64,000 nt of DNA from Podarcis bocagei. Lineage: Eukaryota. Below the pieces are notes generated by a model that saw only the letters and a list, made by a program, of their open reading frames with translations, was not told where the DNA came from and did no database searches. A program made the position numbers and the translations under genes. The stretch lies in assembly GCA_964188305.1 (NCBI GenBank), contig OZ076889.1. One strand, 5' to 3'. Of this stretch, positions 24,101-37,947 are shown piece by piece (the stretch's first letter is position 1; every line of letters begins with the position of its first letter).

Positions 24101-24724
24101 CTCACCTGCTTACAACTCAGTAAGCACATTCTCACATTTGGATGTTTTGTATTGTCACCATTTTATTGTCATGCAACAGCTCATTCCCAAACCACGAAAG
24201 TATTCAGATATGCAAAATTCAGTACTCAAGGACAAAATTGTCATTAGGTCCTGTTCCTGAATATAATGGCCTGCAACTTGCCAACTGGAACAGTGCAGTA
24301 GCCCACAGGTTCTCTCAGTGTTATTTATATTAGGTTTGTTTATATTTATAGGCCACTTTTCTATGCAAAGGACCTTGAAGCGGCTTACAACAGCCATGTA
24401 GTTCACAATAAGCACATCACAAAACACTGATTACAATATGATGCAACCAATCATGAAACAAGACTAAAAACTAAAAAGAGCAATCACTAGGTAAATTCAG
24501 CAGACCTCAGAAGATCAGAAGACATGATGGAACAGACAGAGTTTTACTGATTATCTAAAAATGTCAGCCAGCAAAACAGTAAACCAAACCCATAATGAGA
24601 GAACAGATACTGTGCTTATTGAATAGGTACAATGTTCAATACATAGAGCTGGAGGGTGTTTTGCTGTTCCAGTGCACAACATGCAACTCTGTTCTACAAA
24701 CTCTAGCCACTTCAAAGCAAACAC

Positions 24725-24890
24725 TGAGTGCAGTGGTAGAACGACATTTTGCTTTGCATATTGTAGGTCCCAGGTTCAATCCCTGATATCTCCAGGTAGT
24801 GCTGGAAAAGACTCCTACCTGCAGCCCTGAGGAGCTGCTGAACTGGGTGGGCCAATATTATGTCTTAGTACAAAGCAGCTTCCTATGTTC
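24725..24890 (+). mobile_element. Old tRNA-derived SINE
   Basis: 'cagtggtagaac...gctttgcat...ggtcccaggttcaatccctg' tRNA-like head; ends 'aagcagcttcctatgttc'; several copies in the window. Confidence 0.65.
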
Positions 24891-24903
24891 CAAGGGATCT
24901 CCA

Positions 24904-25170
24904 GGGAGTCAGTGTGGTGTAGTGGTTAAGAGCGGTATAGTCTCGTAATCTGGGGAGCCGGGTTCGCGTCTCCGCTCCTCCACATGCAGCTGCTGGGTGA
25001 CCTTGGGCTAGTCACACTTCTCTGAAGTCTCTCAGCCCCACTCACCTCACAGATTGTTTGTTGTGGGGGAGGAAGGGAAAGGAGAATGTTAGCCGCTTTG
25101 AGACTCCTTCGGGTAGTGATAAAGCAGGATATCAAATCCAAACTCCTCCTCCTCCTCTTCTTCTTCTCCT
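24904..25170 (+). mobile_element. tRNA-derived CORE-type (MIR-like) SINE, relatively young
   Basis: A box TGGTGTAGTGG, B box GGTTCGCGTC, CORE-like 'ctgggtgaccttgggctagtcac', (CTC/CTT)n tail; CpGs retained. Confidence 0.8.
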
Positions 25171-28074
25171 CTAAGCATTTACCATCTCAGCCCAGTATGC
25201 ATCTGCCCAAAGAGTGCCCTAAACTTTGTTCTTGTGCTGGTGGTGTGAACTGGATGTGTGTGTGTGTGAATAAGCTGTAAATGGAATTGAATGAACCCTT
25301 GAAATCTCTTAATTGGAGATTCCAGGATCTCCCTTATCCTGTTCCTTCAATGAGGGGCTGGTTTCTGCCAATCCTCATCCCTCCATCCCTTCCCTGAAGA
25401 TTCAGATCTGCTGCATGAGTTCTTATCCCCAGCGCCGGATTATATGGTTAAATCGGCTGCAAAAACAAAAATGCAAGACTTTGTGCTAGCAAATGTCGGG
25501 CAGAAATATTAAAGGAAGATGTCAATTTAGCCCATTAGTGTTCCAAGCCATGGACACTGTCCCTGATCTTTAGAGCTTATACCTCAATCCTTGGCAGGCA
25601 GCGATGATGAGTCCTGGGCCTGGAGAGTACGTGTACAGAATTATCCTAACCAGGTTTATTTGGAAGCAAGTCTCATTAATTTCAATTTGCATCCAGTTTC
25701 AAGTAATTATGTTTAGGATTGCAGCCCAAGTCTGACTGGTGATTTAGAAATGAAGCCTCTCCAGAGCTGCAAGAGCGTGACTGTCAATAGCATGCAAACC
25801 TCTGACCAAGAAGTCAAGGGAAGAAGGGATTGCCAAAGGCAATGTCCACTTGCACCCTTAAATACCAGAGATAGGTTGAAGCCACTCTGCTTCCCACCCT
25901 GTTCCTCCACTGTTCCTCCTGCTGACCATCCTCTTCCTCCCGATCACAAGTTCAGATTGTGTGTGAAATGCGAACATTGCGTGAGATTGGCTTAAGTAGC
26001 AAATTTGGGGCTTTGTTTCTTTACCATCTGGTACCTGGGCCTGACAGTTCATCTGCCACAGTTCCCCTGCTACTACTGTGGGCACCTGTTACTGTAAATC
26101 ATTCCTGGACCTCTTAAATGCTGAAATTCTCACCCTTCCAGAGGGAGTCTAGAGGCTGGATGGTTTTAATAGGACTCAGAAATAACCATGTCATTGAGCC
26201 CAAGCAGATGCCCAGCAGTAGACTCCAGCCAACCAATCGCCTGATGTAGTTAGGCACCCTTAAGTCAATTTGAATCAATGGACTTTGTCACATCTACACA
26301 GGACAAGGCAGCAAAAGCTGGAGGTGAGAACAGGAAATCCATGATCTTTAGCTGAAGGAGAAAAGTCCATCAGCCCAAGTGTGGCTGTGAGCCAGGAAGG
26401 CATCTGGAATTCTTCCTGGAGAGAATGGCTAGACTCCCTTGCTGTAGCCCTTGCTTTTGCCTATCTAGCCATTTAATTTTTTAGTCCAAAGGCTCCCTGG
26501 CCTAAGGAATGCTGTGAAGCAGGGAAAGCGCTACGGACAGATCAAAAGGCCACTTCAGTATCACTACTTTTTATTAGCTCAGTGGCGCTTTCTTATTCCA
26601 GCTTATTCTGCTCTCCTTAACAGGACTAATAAAAAGATGCCATGCACTCGCAAGGTGCCCAGGGCTTGTAGTCGGTCCTTGGGATTACGAACCTCGGCTT
26701 GGGAGAGGACAGAGGAGATAACTGAATGCCCAGTCTAGCCCCTGCGGCAAAGGCAAAGCCATCGTCTGCTTTGCTTTTGCGTCTAATATCCTGGCAAAAG
26801 GGATGAAGGACTCTGCAGGGAGATCAATCTTGTGGCCCTCAGTTTATTAGCTCGCTCTTATCTCTGGCTATATTTCAAAACACAGCTTTGATCATTTTCG
26901 TCTTTCTTTTTCTCTCTTTCATGCAACGTGATTTAATTTAAATAGACTTTTCTGTGGGCATGAGCTGCACATTCAGTGAAGAGTTGATTCCAGCACAGCA
27001 GTGAAAGAGGCCAGTGGAGAGTATTTGTAACTGGGTGCAGAGCCCTGCAAGGTTAAGGAAGAAAGAGGGTAGAACAAAGTGGCAGGCCGTCTCTGGCTTA
27101 ACCCACAGCTGGGCATCTGCAGGACGGCTGCTGATTATCCAGCAGTGCTCAAAAAACGTGTAAGAAGTCTGGACAGTCTGTTTCTCTGATGGATTATTTC
27201 TAGCAGAGAAATAGCAAGGGAGAGGGGGTATTAACCCTTTGCTTGACCTGCCACTTTTCTGCTGCAGCAGCTCTACCACCCCAAACAGCAGGGATCAAGT
27301 GTTTAGGGTGTGCTTAGGCATTCTCACCAAGACCAGGTGTGAGTTTCTGTTTGAAAATTATCAGACGTCCAGAGTTTGATACTGGAAGGAAGGGGACCTG
27401 GCAAAGCAGACAGAGAATGCTTTGTGTACTGGATGGTGCTGTGTTCTTCAGGAACAGAGAAAGTATTTCTGTCCAGGTGAGATCCCTCACCTTACCGCCT
27501 ATCTCCCAATGAGGGTGGCCAAGAGCTGTAGCTGATGGAAACAAGTCAGATGGACTGATAGCAAAGACCAAAGGCAAAGTACAAACCACCTTAATCCAGT
27601 TGTTTGTGGTGGTGATCAAAGCAGACTTGACAGATACCTGAACCTGTCCATCTCTGGAAACTGTAAGGCAGCAACAGGCCTCCTTACTGTGGGCAGCAGA
27701 GGGAAATTTGCTAGGGACAGTCTGTCCAGCTCTCCAGCCTACTCAAAGTGGTGGTGGTGAATCACCAGTCTGTGGGCCTGATGCTGCTCATCAAGCCTTT
27801 CCCATCACCCCTGACCTGTAACCAGTGGCCACTGGAAAAACAAAAACTAAGTGCTACTAGGAACTCTCTCTCATTACAGCAGATAGGAACACCCAGGAAA
27901 CAAAGGAACATTCAGTGAAGAGGGAAAAGGTGCTAACATTCCAGTGACTTATTTAACTACTAAAAGTAGCAGGTGCTTGTGATGTCAGCACTATGAACCC
28001 ACACATACTAAAAAAGTGGCTCTTTCTTCAGTTTCACCTAGATAAAGCAGCAAATGTGCTATGCTCTGGACTTC

Positions 28075-28378
28075 AGGGATGTAGCTCAGAAGGTCGCAGC
28101 TTCAGTCCCCAGCATCTCCAACTAGAGTTGGGAAAGACTCATCTCTAAAATCCTGGGGGACTGCATCCAGTTAGTGTAGACTGTGATAGCCAACATGGTG
28201 CCCTCTAAATGTTGTGGACTACAACACCCATCATCCATGGCAATTGTCCATGCTGGACAGGGTGATGTGAACTGTAGTCCATAGCATCTGGAAGGCATCA
28301 GGTTGGCTACTACTGGTGTACACAATACGGAGCTAGATGGACAAATGGTTTGCCTTGGTATAAGGAAGCTTCCTAGGA
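28075..28378 (+). mobile_element. tRNA-derived SINE with nested hAT MITE (28182-28315)
   Basis: SINE halves flank a palindromic MITE with TSD gtgtagac/gtgtacac. Confidence 0.7.
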
Positions 28379-28879
28379 ATACCTTGGGATTTGTAATAAA
28401 TATTTAGGACTTGTTGATTCAGTAATGTAAGGGCCCTGTTCAGCTAATGCACATTCCCTTGAAAGATCCCTTGAAATAATCACCAGAGAAGTTGACATGT
28501 GTTCCTTTAATAAGGAAGGCATGGTACAAATTGGGATACATTAAAAGAGAAGCAATATTTGTTCCAAATAAAATAAAAAATAAACGGAACTTGACAGTTT
28601 CTTAAAAACAGTGCACTGTAAGCAGAATCATTAACTAAGAATAATGTTTAGGATTCAGATTCCATCGGTATATCACCACCCCCATCCGATTCACTACAAC
28701 TGTAGACACTATAGACAATCATTAACAAGAGTTCACCACTTCATAAATCAGCTGTTTGAGCCCATGCAGACCAAACTTCCTTGGGGTGAATAAGGGGGGC
28801 TTTGGGTAGGTTGTCTGTGCCACCTTGCCGAGTAATAAGAAGGATTTTACCACACATCAGATACAAACATATGCTTTTC

Positions 28880-30105
28880 CTCAGAGGCCTGCTGTTGAGA
28901 AATCCGGTGGAGGTATCTAGACTAGATTTGGCCAAGTTGCTTGAAAAAGTTTGGCAAACCGCCTACCTCCTTGACCTTTGCCCATCTTGGCTTCTTAGAG
29001 CTAGTCACAGGGGGTTGACTGGGTGGGTTCAGTGATTAGGACTTCCCTGGAGAAGGGGGAGATACCATCTGCCTTGATGGAGACAGTGGTGCACCCCCAC
29101 CTTGGACCCAGAAGTGTTAAACAACTATCGCCCACTGGCAAACATCCCCTTTTGGGGCAAGGTGGTTATTTGGATGGCATGCTTGGAGGAAGTTAATTAT
29201 TTGGATGCATTTCAGTCTGGCATCAGGCCTGGTCATGGCACTGAAACTGCCTTGGTTGCCCTAGTTGACACCATTTATTGGGAGAGAGATGGCGAGGAGT
29301 GCGGCCCTCATCATCCTTCTGGATTTTTCCAGCAGCTTTTGATATTGTTGACCACAGAATCCTTCTGGAGCATCTCAAGGAGGTGGGGGAAAGTGTGCTC
29401 CAGTAGTTCCTCTCCTACTTCAAGGGCCATTTCGAGCAAGCATTGAGAAAGTGGTGTCGCACAAGGTTCTATCTTGTCCCCCATGCTATTTAACATCTAT
29501 GTGAAGCCTCTGGCAGCTGTCATAGGGAGATTTGGAATGAAGTGCCACCAATAGGCAGGTGACACTCAGCTCTGTTTCTCTATTCTGTCTGAATCAGGAA
29601 ATGCAGTTGAGGTGTTAGAACCAGTGCTCAAGGGCTGTGATGCATTGGATGTGGCCCAATAAACTGAATCTGAATCCTGAAATGAATGTCTTATGTGACC
29701 AGGAGGTGAGGAAATGGCCTGCCCTGGACAAGATTGCGCTGCCCTGGAAGGAGCAGGTCTGCAGCTTGTGGATGCTCCTGGAAGCAACACTGTCACTGGT
29801 GACTCAAGTGATCTCAGTGGTTAGGAGTGCCTTTTTCTAGTTACGGTTGCTTCATCACCTGCGGCCCCTGTTGGACAGAGATAACTTAGCCACTGTGCTC
29901 CATGCGCTAGTAACTTCCAGATTGAATTATTGTAATGCACTCTACACAGGGCTGCCCCTGAAGATGACTTGGAACAACGTTTGGTCCAAAATGCAGCTGC
30001 CAGATTATTGGCTGGGGTTTCCTTCTGAGCACATATAACCCCCTGGTTTTAAAACAGCATCACTGGCTGCCCGTTCCTTTCAAGACCCAACCCAAGGTGC
30101 TGTAC
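28880..30105 (+). mobile_element. Degenerate L2-clade LINE reverse-transcriptase (ORF2) fragment
   Basis: Motifs LDLCPSWL, NNYRPLANIPF, FQSGIRPGHGTETAL, GVAQGSILSPMLFNIY, Q*AGDTQL (broken YADD) and SRLNYCNALYTGLP; stops and frameshifts throughout. Confidence 0.85.
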
Positions 30106-33100
30106 ACAAAAGAATGGAAACATTCCCCTTCATCTCAGCATAATCCACCATTGTTCTGACCCATCAATTCTAGCACAGCAGTTTCCTCTACACCTTTCTC
30201 AAAAGGATTCTTCATGCTTCCTGGGTTGCCCTTTAGCACATCGGTTTCTCTATTCATTACCCAAATCCCTGAACATTTTCAAATCCAAATCTGTTGACAT
30301 AACACAGAGTATACAGCTGTGCACCAGCAAAGGGATTGTCATAACTGAGTATCTATCTGGCAGGAGTTGGCATCACTGGGCATATGCTGCAGCCCACACT
30401 ACACCAGGAGGTGCATTGCCACCTCCCACAGCCTCCTGGCCCTGCTTCTTTTTCCCTAGCTCCCTATTCTCCTTCAAACATGCAAACAGTAACAAGACTG
30501 AGGAACTGGAGCAGCACACTCCCCTTGCCGCCTTCTCTCCCTCTGTGTGGTTGTGCAGACGGGACCCAGAGGGAGAGAGAAAGCAAATATGCAGTGGTTT
30601 AGAGAGCGCCTCCCACTGAAGGTACTCCAAAACCTAGAGCCAGCACTAATATCTGCCTACGGATTATTTTATTTTATTTTGGTCTATATCTAGCACTGGG
30701 AACTGTTTTTTTTTTTCTTGGCACGCCAGATCTATGTCTGCCCTACCCTTTGAAGGCCAAATTCAATAAGTGGATGGAACTGCCTACATGTCAGTCACCT
30801 AGCATCCCAATGACATCAGGTGGTGAGCCTCTTTGAAGATGCACTCCCAGCACACCTTCAAAGTGGCTAGCTCCAGAAGCATGCAGCACTTTGCACTGAG
30901 ACTGCTGCTAAAACAGAGGAGGTCCCCCCCCCCCATTTCAGCAGTGGTTCCCTTTTCCTGCTCCAGTAAAGAAACAATCAGGAACTCACTTTAAGCTCCC
31001 AGTTGCTCCTTTGATGCTACACCAGTGCCTGCCCCCACACCTGGCACCACATATGATGTTAAATGTAGGGCAGGTGGCCGTGGTTGTCAGAAGCAGCCTG
31101 GCAGGCAGGCCGAATTGGGACCCCTGCTGGACCAAAATTGGACCACCAGCTGGAGGCTCCCCACCCCAGCCTATACTAATTGCCCTATTCAATCAATTAC
31201 ATATAACTAAATTGGGGACATACATAGTATCTTTTGCAGATATTTATTGGATAAAATAGTTGCTCTCAGTAAAACATTCCAAACACATACTTTACATTTC
31301 AAGCCACACTGCTTGAATCAAGAAGTACACAGAGATTGTTTGAAACAATGCTGCCAGCAATGAAACTCTTCCATAAGGGAGAGTTCCAATTAATATTTGA
31401 TTTTTAAAATCCACATGTTTAAACTGTGGTTAATGCATTTGATTAATCATGCCAATTAATGGAATAATGCTTTCAGCTCTGCTTTCAAGTTTTCCTTTCC
31501 TTTCCTTTTTTTTAATGACACTAGAAAGACAACTTCTCACCAACCGCATTTGTAATTGAAAATTACTTATCTGTAGTTTATGATGTGGCTCTCCTGTCAT
31601 CAGTGTTTCACATTTGACTGCTTCAATGAACTTTAATTTTATTATAGCAGACTGCTTTAAAAGAAAGAAAAATAAAAATAGTAGTTGAATGTGTAGAACA
31701 AGTAGTACTTGAATGCATCTATTTAAATATATGCAAATCTGCCTTTTATTCAGAAAATGCTGTTGACCTTGATGTTCCAGTGAAAGGAGTGTGAGTGGGG
31801 TACAGGGAATGCCCCCTTAGTTACAATTATTTCACTTGAAGCTTTTGTGGTAACTGGAAGGTGTAACCGATTCTCACCGTCTGCAATGGCACAGGGCAAA
31901 GCGAGGAACAAGTAGCCAGAGCAGATGATCTTCCACTCCTTCCTGTAAGCACATTTTCCCTGTCCTCTTTTCCACTCTAGTTGGAAGAGCTCAAAATAGC
32001 TTTGGCATATGTGTGAAGACTTCACAAGCAGCGCTGCCTGAAAGAGACCAGTTGGCTAGTACAGCCAATGTTTGTGATTCACTTCAACGCAAGAAGGAGC
32101 CAGCACCACCATGTGTGTGCATAAACAGGAGAAGCTCAGAGTGGGACAAGTCTGGCAAGTGTACTGAACATCTCCTGGCTTTAAGAATGGGCAAACCAAG
32201 CATGTGCTCACATTACATGGGGGAGAAATGCCACAACACCAGGGGGAATGCCCACCATATACAACATGTGTTCAGCATAGGAGGAAAAGGGAGAAACACT
32301 CAGCTAGAAAATATATAAAACACACACACATAAGCCTCCCTGGAAACTCCACCAGTTGGGCACTATGCCAACAACAATATCAACATACCACTCATGCATG
32401 AAGGTAGCCAATTAACTCATGATGATAAAGACATGCCCCCAGTACATTTCCTGCATTGCCCCAGACACACAACACACACAACAAGAGCCTTATTCAGCCT
32501 GACCATGGGACGGCTATAGGCTTGCCCCTGCAAACCAGGTACACCTGGAACTGCATGCACAATAGGTGTTTGTAATGGACTGACAGAGAAGAGGAAGCAA
32601 TGCCGCCTGGGTGCTCAGCCAGTACTCATGCCCAGGATGGAGAGGAGGAGACTACAGTGACAGAGGATACTTCCACCTTAAAAGTTGAAGTGAAACACTG
32701 TGCACACAGCGGAGGTTTGTTCTGCTTCTGTAATCCTGCACAGCAAAGGTGTTGAAGAGTGGCCAAGCACTGACAAGGATAGTTCCCTATCACCCAAAAA
32801 ACCCACCCTGTCTGCAAAACATGGGGCCAGAGATACAGCCCCATGCTGTGTACCCCGTCATTTGAATTATGGTCTGCCCATGTGAGGATGCTGTGCTGTG
32901 ACTGGTAGTTGAGTTACACACCATACCCTAACTTTTTTGTGGTGGCTTGATGGTGGGGGCAGTCATCCATATAGGATGGCTGTTTTTCTTTTTTCAAAAA
33001 GAATTCCCATTGAAGTCAGCGAGAGAGGAATTTCAGCTCAAGGGTTGGGTAGAGTTTATTTTTCTTTTCTTTTTAAAATTCTCCTTGCTCAGTGATTTGG

Positions 33101-36100
33101 TCTATTATGTACTCAAATTGCATGGTTATATTACCAAGTCCCCTTTTGCTTTGCGGTGTACTTGTCTGCATATTAAGAAAGAGGTTTCACTTGATAGCAT
33201 GGGTCTTCATTTCTTATCCCTTCACAAAGAAGTTGATTAAACGCACCGCTCTGCTTCAGAGCCCCTGTGTTAGAAATATCCTCAATAATGACAGGCACAT
33301 CCTTTTTCTGTTTCCCAGCTGTCAGTTCATCCTCACTGAGAATGTACAGAGAGCAAATTTCACTGTCAACAGGATCATAGCCAGGGACTGAAGAGGGACA
33401 TAGGACCTCTGTGTGCTGCTTCTCCTCTCTCCTGACCACGTCCCATTCATGACTCTTCTCCCTTTCAGCTGTTCCTTTGCTGGTGTAAGGGCTCCTCTGG
33501 CATATCTGAGGTGTTCTGCTAGTATATCTTGTTTTGTGTTAAAAAGGGTTAATTCAATAAGGGACACTGCACTCCTTAGAAAACTGAGCCTGATATTGTT
33601 AACCACGCAGGGATGATTTCATGGGAAGCAATTCATAAACCAGTAAATTATTTGTGTTTTCCAATCCCTCATGATTAACCCAGTTAAATTGTTAATCCTA
33701 GTCTGCCTCCCATGGCATGCATCACTCAATCTGGTGTTTAAAGACTTGAACTCCCATCAGCCCCAGCCAACATGGCTAATGGCCAGAGATGGTACAAAAC
33801 ATCAGGAGGACACAAAGTTGGGAAAGGATGGTTTGCACCCAACTACCTGTAAGAAGCAGATCCATTCTGCTGCTCTTCTGTCAAACTATGAGATTTCTGT
33901 GGCGAGGTGGCCTGCAATCCCTGAGCTAAACAGGAGAGGGCAGTCTTCGCACACAGTGAGGCAGTTGATAAGCAGAGTGGGTCAGTGGGGAGCAGGTGCT
34001 TCTCTCATTCCCTAGGTGACACTACTGGAGACTAGATTATCTTCCTCGAAATGCTTTCACTACTGCTGGGACCTGGAGCCTTTCTGGCCTCCTTGCATGC
34101 AGAATGTCCTGGGTTCAATCCTGGGATGTCCAAGTAGGGCTAGGAATGCCCCCTGTCTGAAACTCTGGACAGCCACTGCTGAAGTCATTGTGGACAATAC
34201 TGCGCGAGATGTTCTGACTCAGCTTCCAGCTCCATCCATTGCTCAGGACTCGTGAAAATCTGCCCGCTCCAGGCCTTGCTAATAAATGGGAGCATCAAAA
34301 GACTGACAGCTTCTCCTTGTAGTCAGCTCCAGAAATAAACACCAGTAATTACCAAGTACTAGAAATCACTTGATCAGTCTGTGGACGTTGTCAATGTCAG
34401 CACAGAGCAAAAAGCGGAGGTGTTTATTGAAATCGCTAAGGGGCGGGAGGCATGTTAGATTGTTAATCACTTTTCAGCCCCTGTTGATTATCCATGTGTT
34501 TGGGCCTGGCTTTCAGCAGATGGCATGGGGATTACATTAGTCACCTCTGTGGAGCAGCTATTTCTTCATCCCAATGTGACCATCACAAGTAGTTGTGGGG
34601 TGCCTCACTGCTCCCCTGTACTGGAATGAGAGAGATCTGGTGGTCACATTACCTAAGCTCAACAGCTTTAAAGATCCAGCAGTCTAATGGGGATAATACC
34701 AGCCATTCAGAAGGAATAAACCCTAAATATACTCCAAAACCCCTTGGGATTCTGTCCCAATGATGCCCAGCCTCTGATGCTGGACCCACAAGCAATTTCC
34801 AGATTTGCTCTTCCCCCACATGCCAGACACTCTGGTTTACTAGTTCTGCACAGATCACAGTTCCTTTGGCACAAATGGCATTTAAATCTAACACTAGTAA
34901 AAATGTATGCCTTAGTACCTAAATTTACTTCGTTGTAAAAACCAAGGTTTTGAGAACGTCCAAAAATTGAATTAGAAGTGCGCCAATACAATTGGGTGCT
35001 CTTATCCAGGATCCCTAGGGTTTTCCTGGCCTCAGCATATGAACCACTCACACTAAAATCTAATGCTTATGAGTTCCTGTCCAGCCAACCCCAGTGAGCT
35101 GCAGCACAATTGGTAACTAGGATATCCATATAAGGTATCCCTACTTCTTCCTGTATCTTTGCAGAGGGCTGAGCCATTAAGATCTTGAAATAATCTTTTG
35201 GCTTTTCAAGTTCCACTGTCATCCTGTCCATGCCATTGGCAATCAGTTTGAGTATGGCTAGGAATTACGGGCAACTTTCTGCAATTTGGATGCAAAGGGT
35301 GACAAAGAGAAACATGTGTTGTCTTGACTACTCTGGTCTTTTGTCTGTAGCAAGCTAGAGCAGAAACAACCAACATGGCATCCTCTAGATGTTGTTTGCA
35401 TTCCACCTCCCATCAGCCCCAGCCAGCATAGGCAATAGTTAGAGATGGTGATAGTTGTAGTCCATCAACATCTTCCTGACTTGGATCATAGAACTATACC
35501 CTGTGCCCCTCCAGATATTGTTGGACTGCAACTCCCACCATCGACAATTGACCATGCTGGCCGGGGCTGATGGCAGCTGAGAGTCCATGGGTTCCTCATC
35601 CCTGAGTTAGAACATCACAATTTTGATTTCAGTCGGGTCAGCACGAGACACCTGGCAAAATAATCAGCCAGAAGTGGAAGAACTCTATAAATCACAGCAG
35701 GTCCTAGGAAAAGAGAAGAACAGATGGTTTTAAAAGCTTTTGGGTTAGTTTTGCCCTACAGCCTCAACTTGTTGCTGTTCCTTTCCACAAATGTGGCCTT
35801 ACTTAGCAGCAGTTGGCAAGGACTGAATGCTAGCCCCATGTGTGTCTTGGTTTTCTTGCCAGAAGCCCAGCATTTTGCTAAGGAGAGACAAACTGGGATT
35901 CCCTAACTCTGATTTTCTGGCTGAGATCCAGGGCAGCTGCTTTTAATACCTAAGGCCCCCACAACTGCTTTCTTCCATGGTCAGTTAAAGCCACCCACCC
36001 TCTGCAGTGTGACTGCTGCTTCAGAAAGCATGCCAGCACTGTCATTGGAATGACAGAAGCAGGGGCACTCCCTTATCTGCAGCATCAGGACTTTGCAGTC

Positions 36101-37721
36101 ACTACCAGAGCAATTAGCATCTAATTTAGAGTCTTTAGCTGCCATAATCTGCCTCTCACGCTGATTTACTCAGAGCAGGGATAAGAAGGAGTTAGTAATG
36201 ACCCCAGGGGGATAAGAAGGAACCTGTAGCCCAAGGGCTTTCAATTCACATGGGCAACTAAGGGACTGTAGTGCCAGTTTCTCACTGCAGAGACCACAGG
36301 GTAAAGATGGAACAGGGTATGCGCTGCTGAAACCAGACCCTTGCTTCCATCTGCGGAATCCCTTGGAGTTTGCTTTTCCCAAGAGACAAAGGATCCAGGA
36401 GTCCAGAATCCATTTGCTGCCATTCAGCATGGCAGCTTCCAGAAGGGGCCTTCCCTTTCATGCCTTTTGGTGTGGTTCATTTCCTGCTGCTCTCTATTTT
36501 TAAGCATACATCCCACAAGCCACCAATGGATCAGGCAGTACAATTTCAGAGAGTTCTGCATCACTGAAATATTTATCTAATTGCCCTTCTGCAGAGGAAT
36601 CAAGGTCCTCTGTGGGCTATGGAAGTGTGGGGGAGGGAGCAGAGAGAGAGACAGAGGACTCTGGTTTCCCTCGGGGAGCCTCAGTGGGAACATGGATGCA
36701 GGCTGAAGACCATCTGTTTGCACCAGCAGCCTCCAGCACACAGGCTGCTCCCACATGCTCTCTGGGTAGCACCACTTTTAGCTTTGTCCTGGGGGGACAC
36801 AACTAGTTCCCAGCGTGAAGGCAACCAGCTATCAACACCAGCACATATGGGAAAAGGAGACTGGGCTCTGAACTCCCTGGCATTCCTCCTTTCTACCCAG
36901 AACCAGCCACTGCTCCTCTGTAGCACAAGAGAGACTCTTACTGCTTCTTTCTGGAGTCTATTCCCACCCTCATAAAATCACAGAGTTGTAGAGTTGGAAG
37001 GGACCCTGAGGATCATCTAGTCCAACCTGCAACCTTGGCATTACCAGCACTGCACTCTAACCAACTGAGCTATCCAGGCTGTTCTCACATACAAGACTCT
37101 CTTAGCAACCCTACTGTGCCAGGGGCTTGTTACTCAGGTGGCTTCTCACAGATTTTGGGGGCCCATAGCAAACCCTTGTTCATACTGTGTTGCCTTTCTA
37201 GGCCCAGACACCAGCAAGAAATGTTTGCCTCAATGGGTTTGTGTGACCTGCAGGGGTATGTCATGTCACCTTCTCCAGCATCTCATTAGCAAGGCTCTGC
37301 GGTGTGTAGCCTATAAATGAAAATGGAGGAGTCTCTGAAGAGCTGTTATCTAACCCTAACTATGGGAACACCTTCCTAACTGAGAACCAGAGGTGATGCA
37401 AGGAACCAACCCTTTGGTCTCTCCTCAGACACACAGCTTCTTTATTTCTTTCCTCAACCACCTGTTTCTTGATCCTCACTTCCATAGATCAGAGGAGTCA
37501 TTTTGCCAGCAGGCAGTTTCCACACCACAAAGAGACCAACAGGTGACAGCAGCCATCAGATTCTCTATAAGTCATTCGATCATGCTTAGAAATCAGATTT
37601 CTATCAAATACTGATGAGAATTCCAACAACGGCAGGGATTTTGAGGCTGCAGAAACATAAAATGGTGGAGGAAGAGTGCAAAGTCTGGACCAGGCCTGAG
37701 AACTACCTACCTTTGCTAATA

Positions 37722-37947
37722 CAGCGGTACCTCGGGTTACATACGCTTCAGGTTACAGAATCCGCTAACCCAGAAATAGTGCTTCAGGTTAAGAACTTTG
37801 CTTCAAGATGAGAACAGAAATCGTGCTCCGGCAGCGCAGTGGCAGCAGGAGGCCCCATTAGCTAAAGTGGTGCTTCAGGTTAAGAACAGTTTCAGGTTAA
37901 GTACGGACCTCTGGAATGAATTAAGTACTTAACCCGAGGTACCACTG
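37722..37947. mobile_element. Tc1/mariner-type MITE, complete
   Basis: TA|CAGCGGTACCTCGGGTTA...TAACCCGAGGTACCACTG|TA; TA TSD. Confidence 0.85.

Noticed and set aside
28880-30105. Active or domesticated reverse transcriptase
   Set aside because: Multiple stops and frameshifts; the catalytic YADD is destroyed (reads *AGD).
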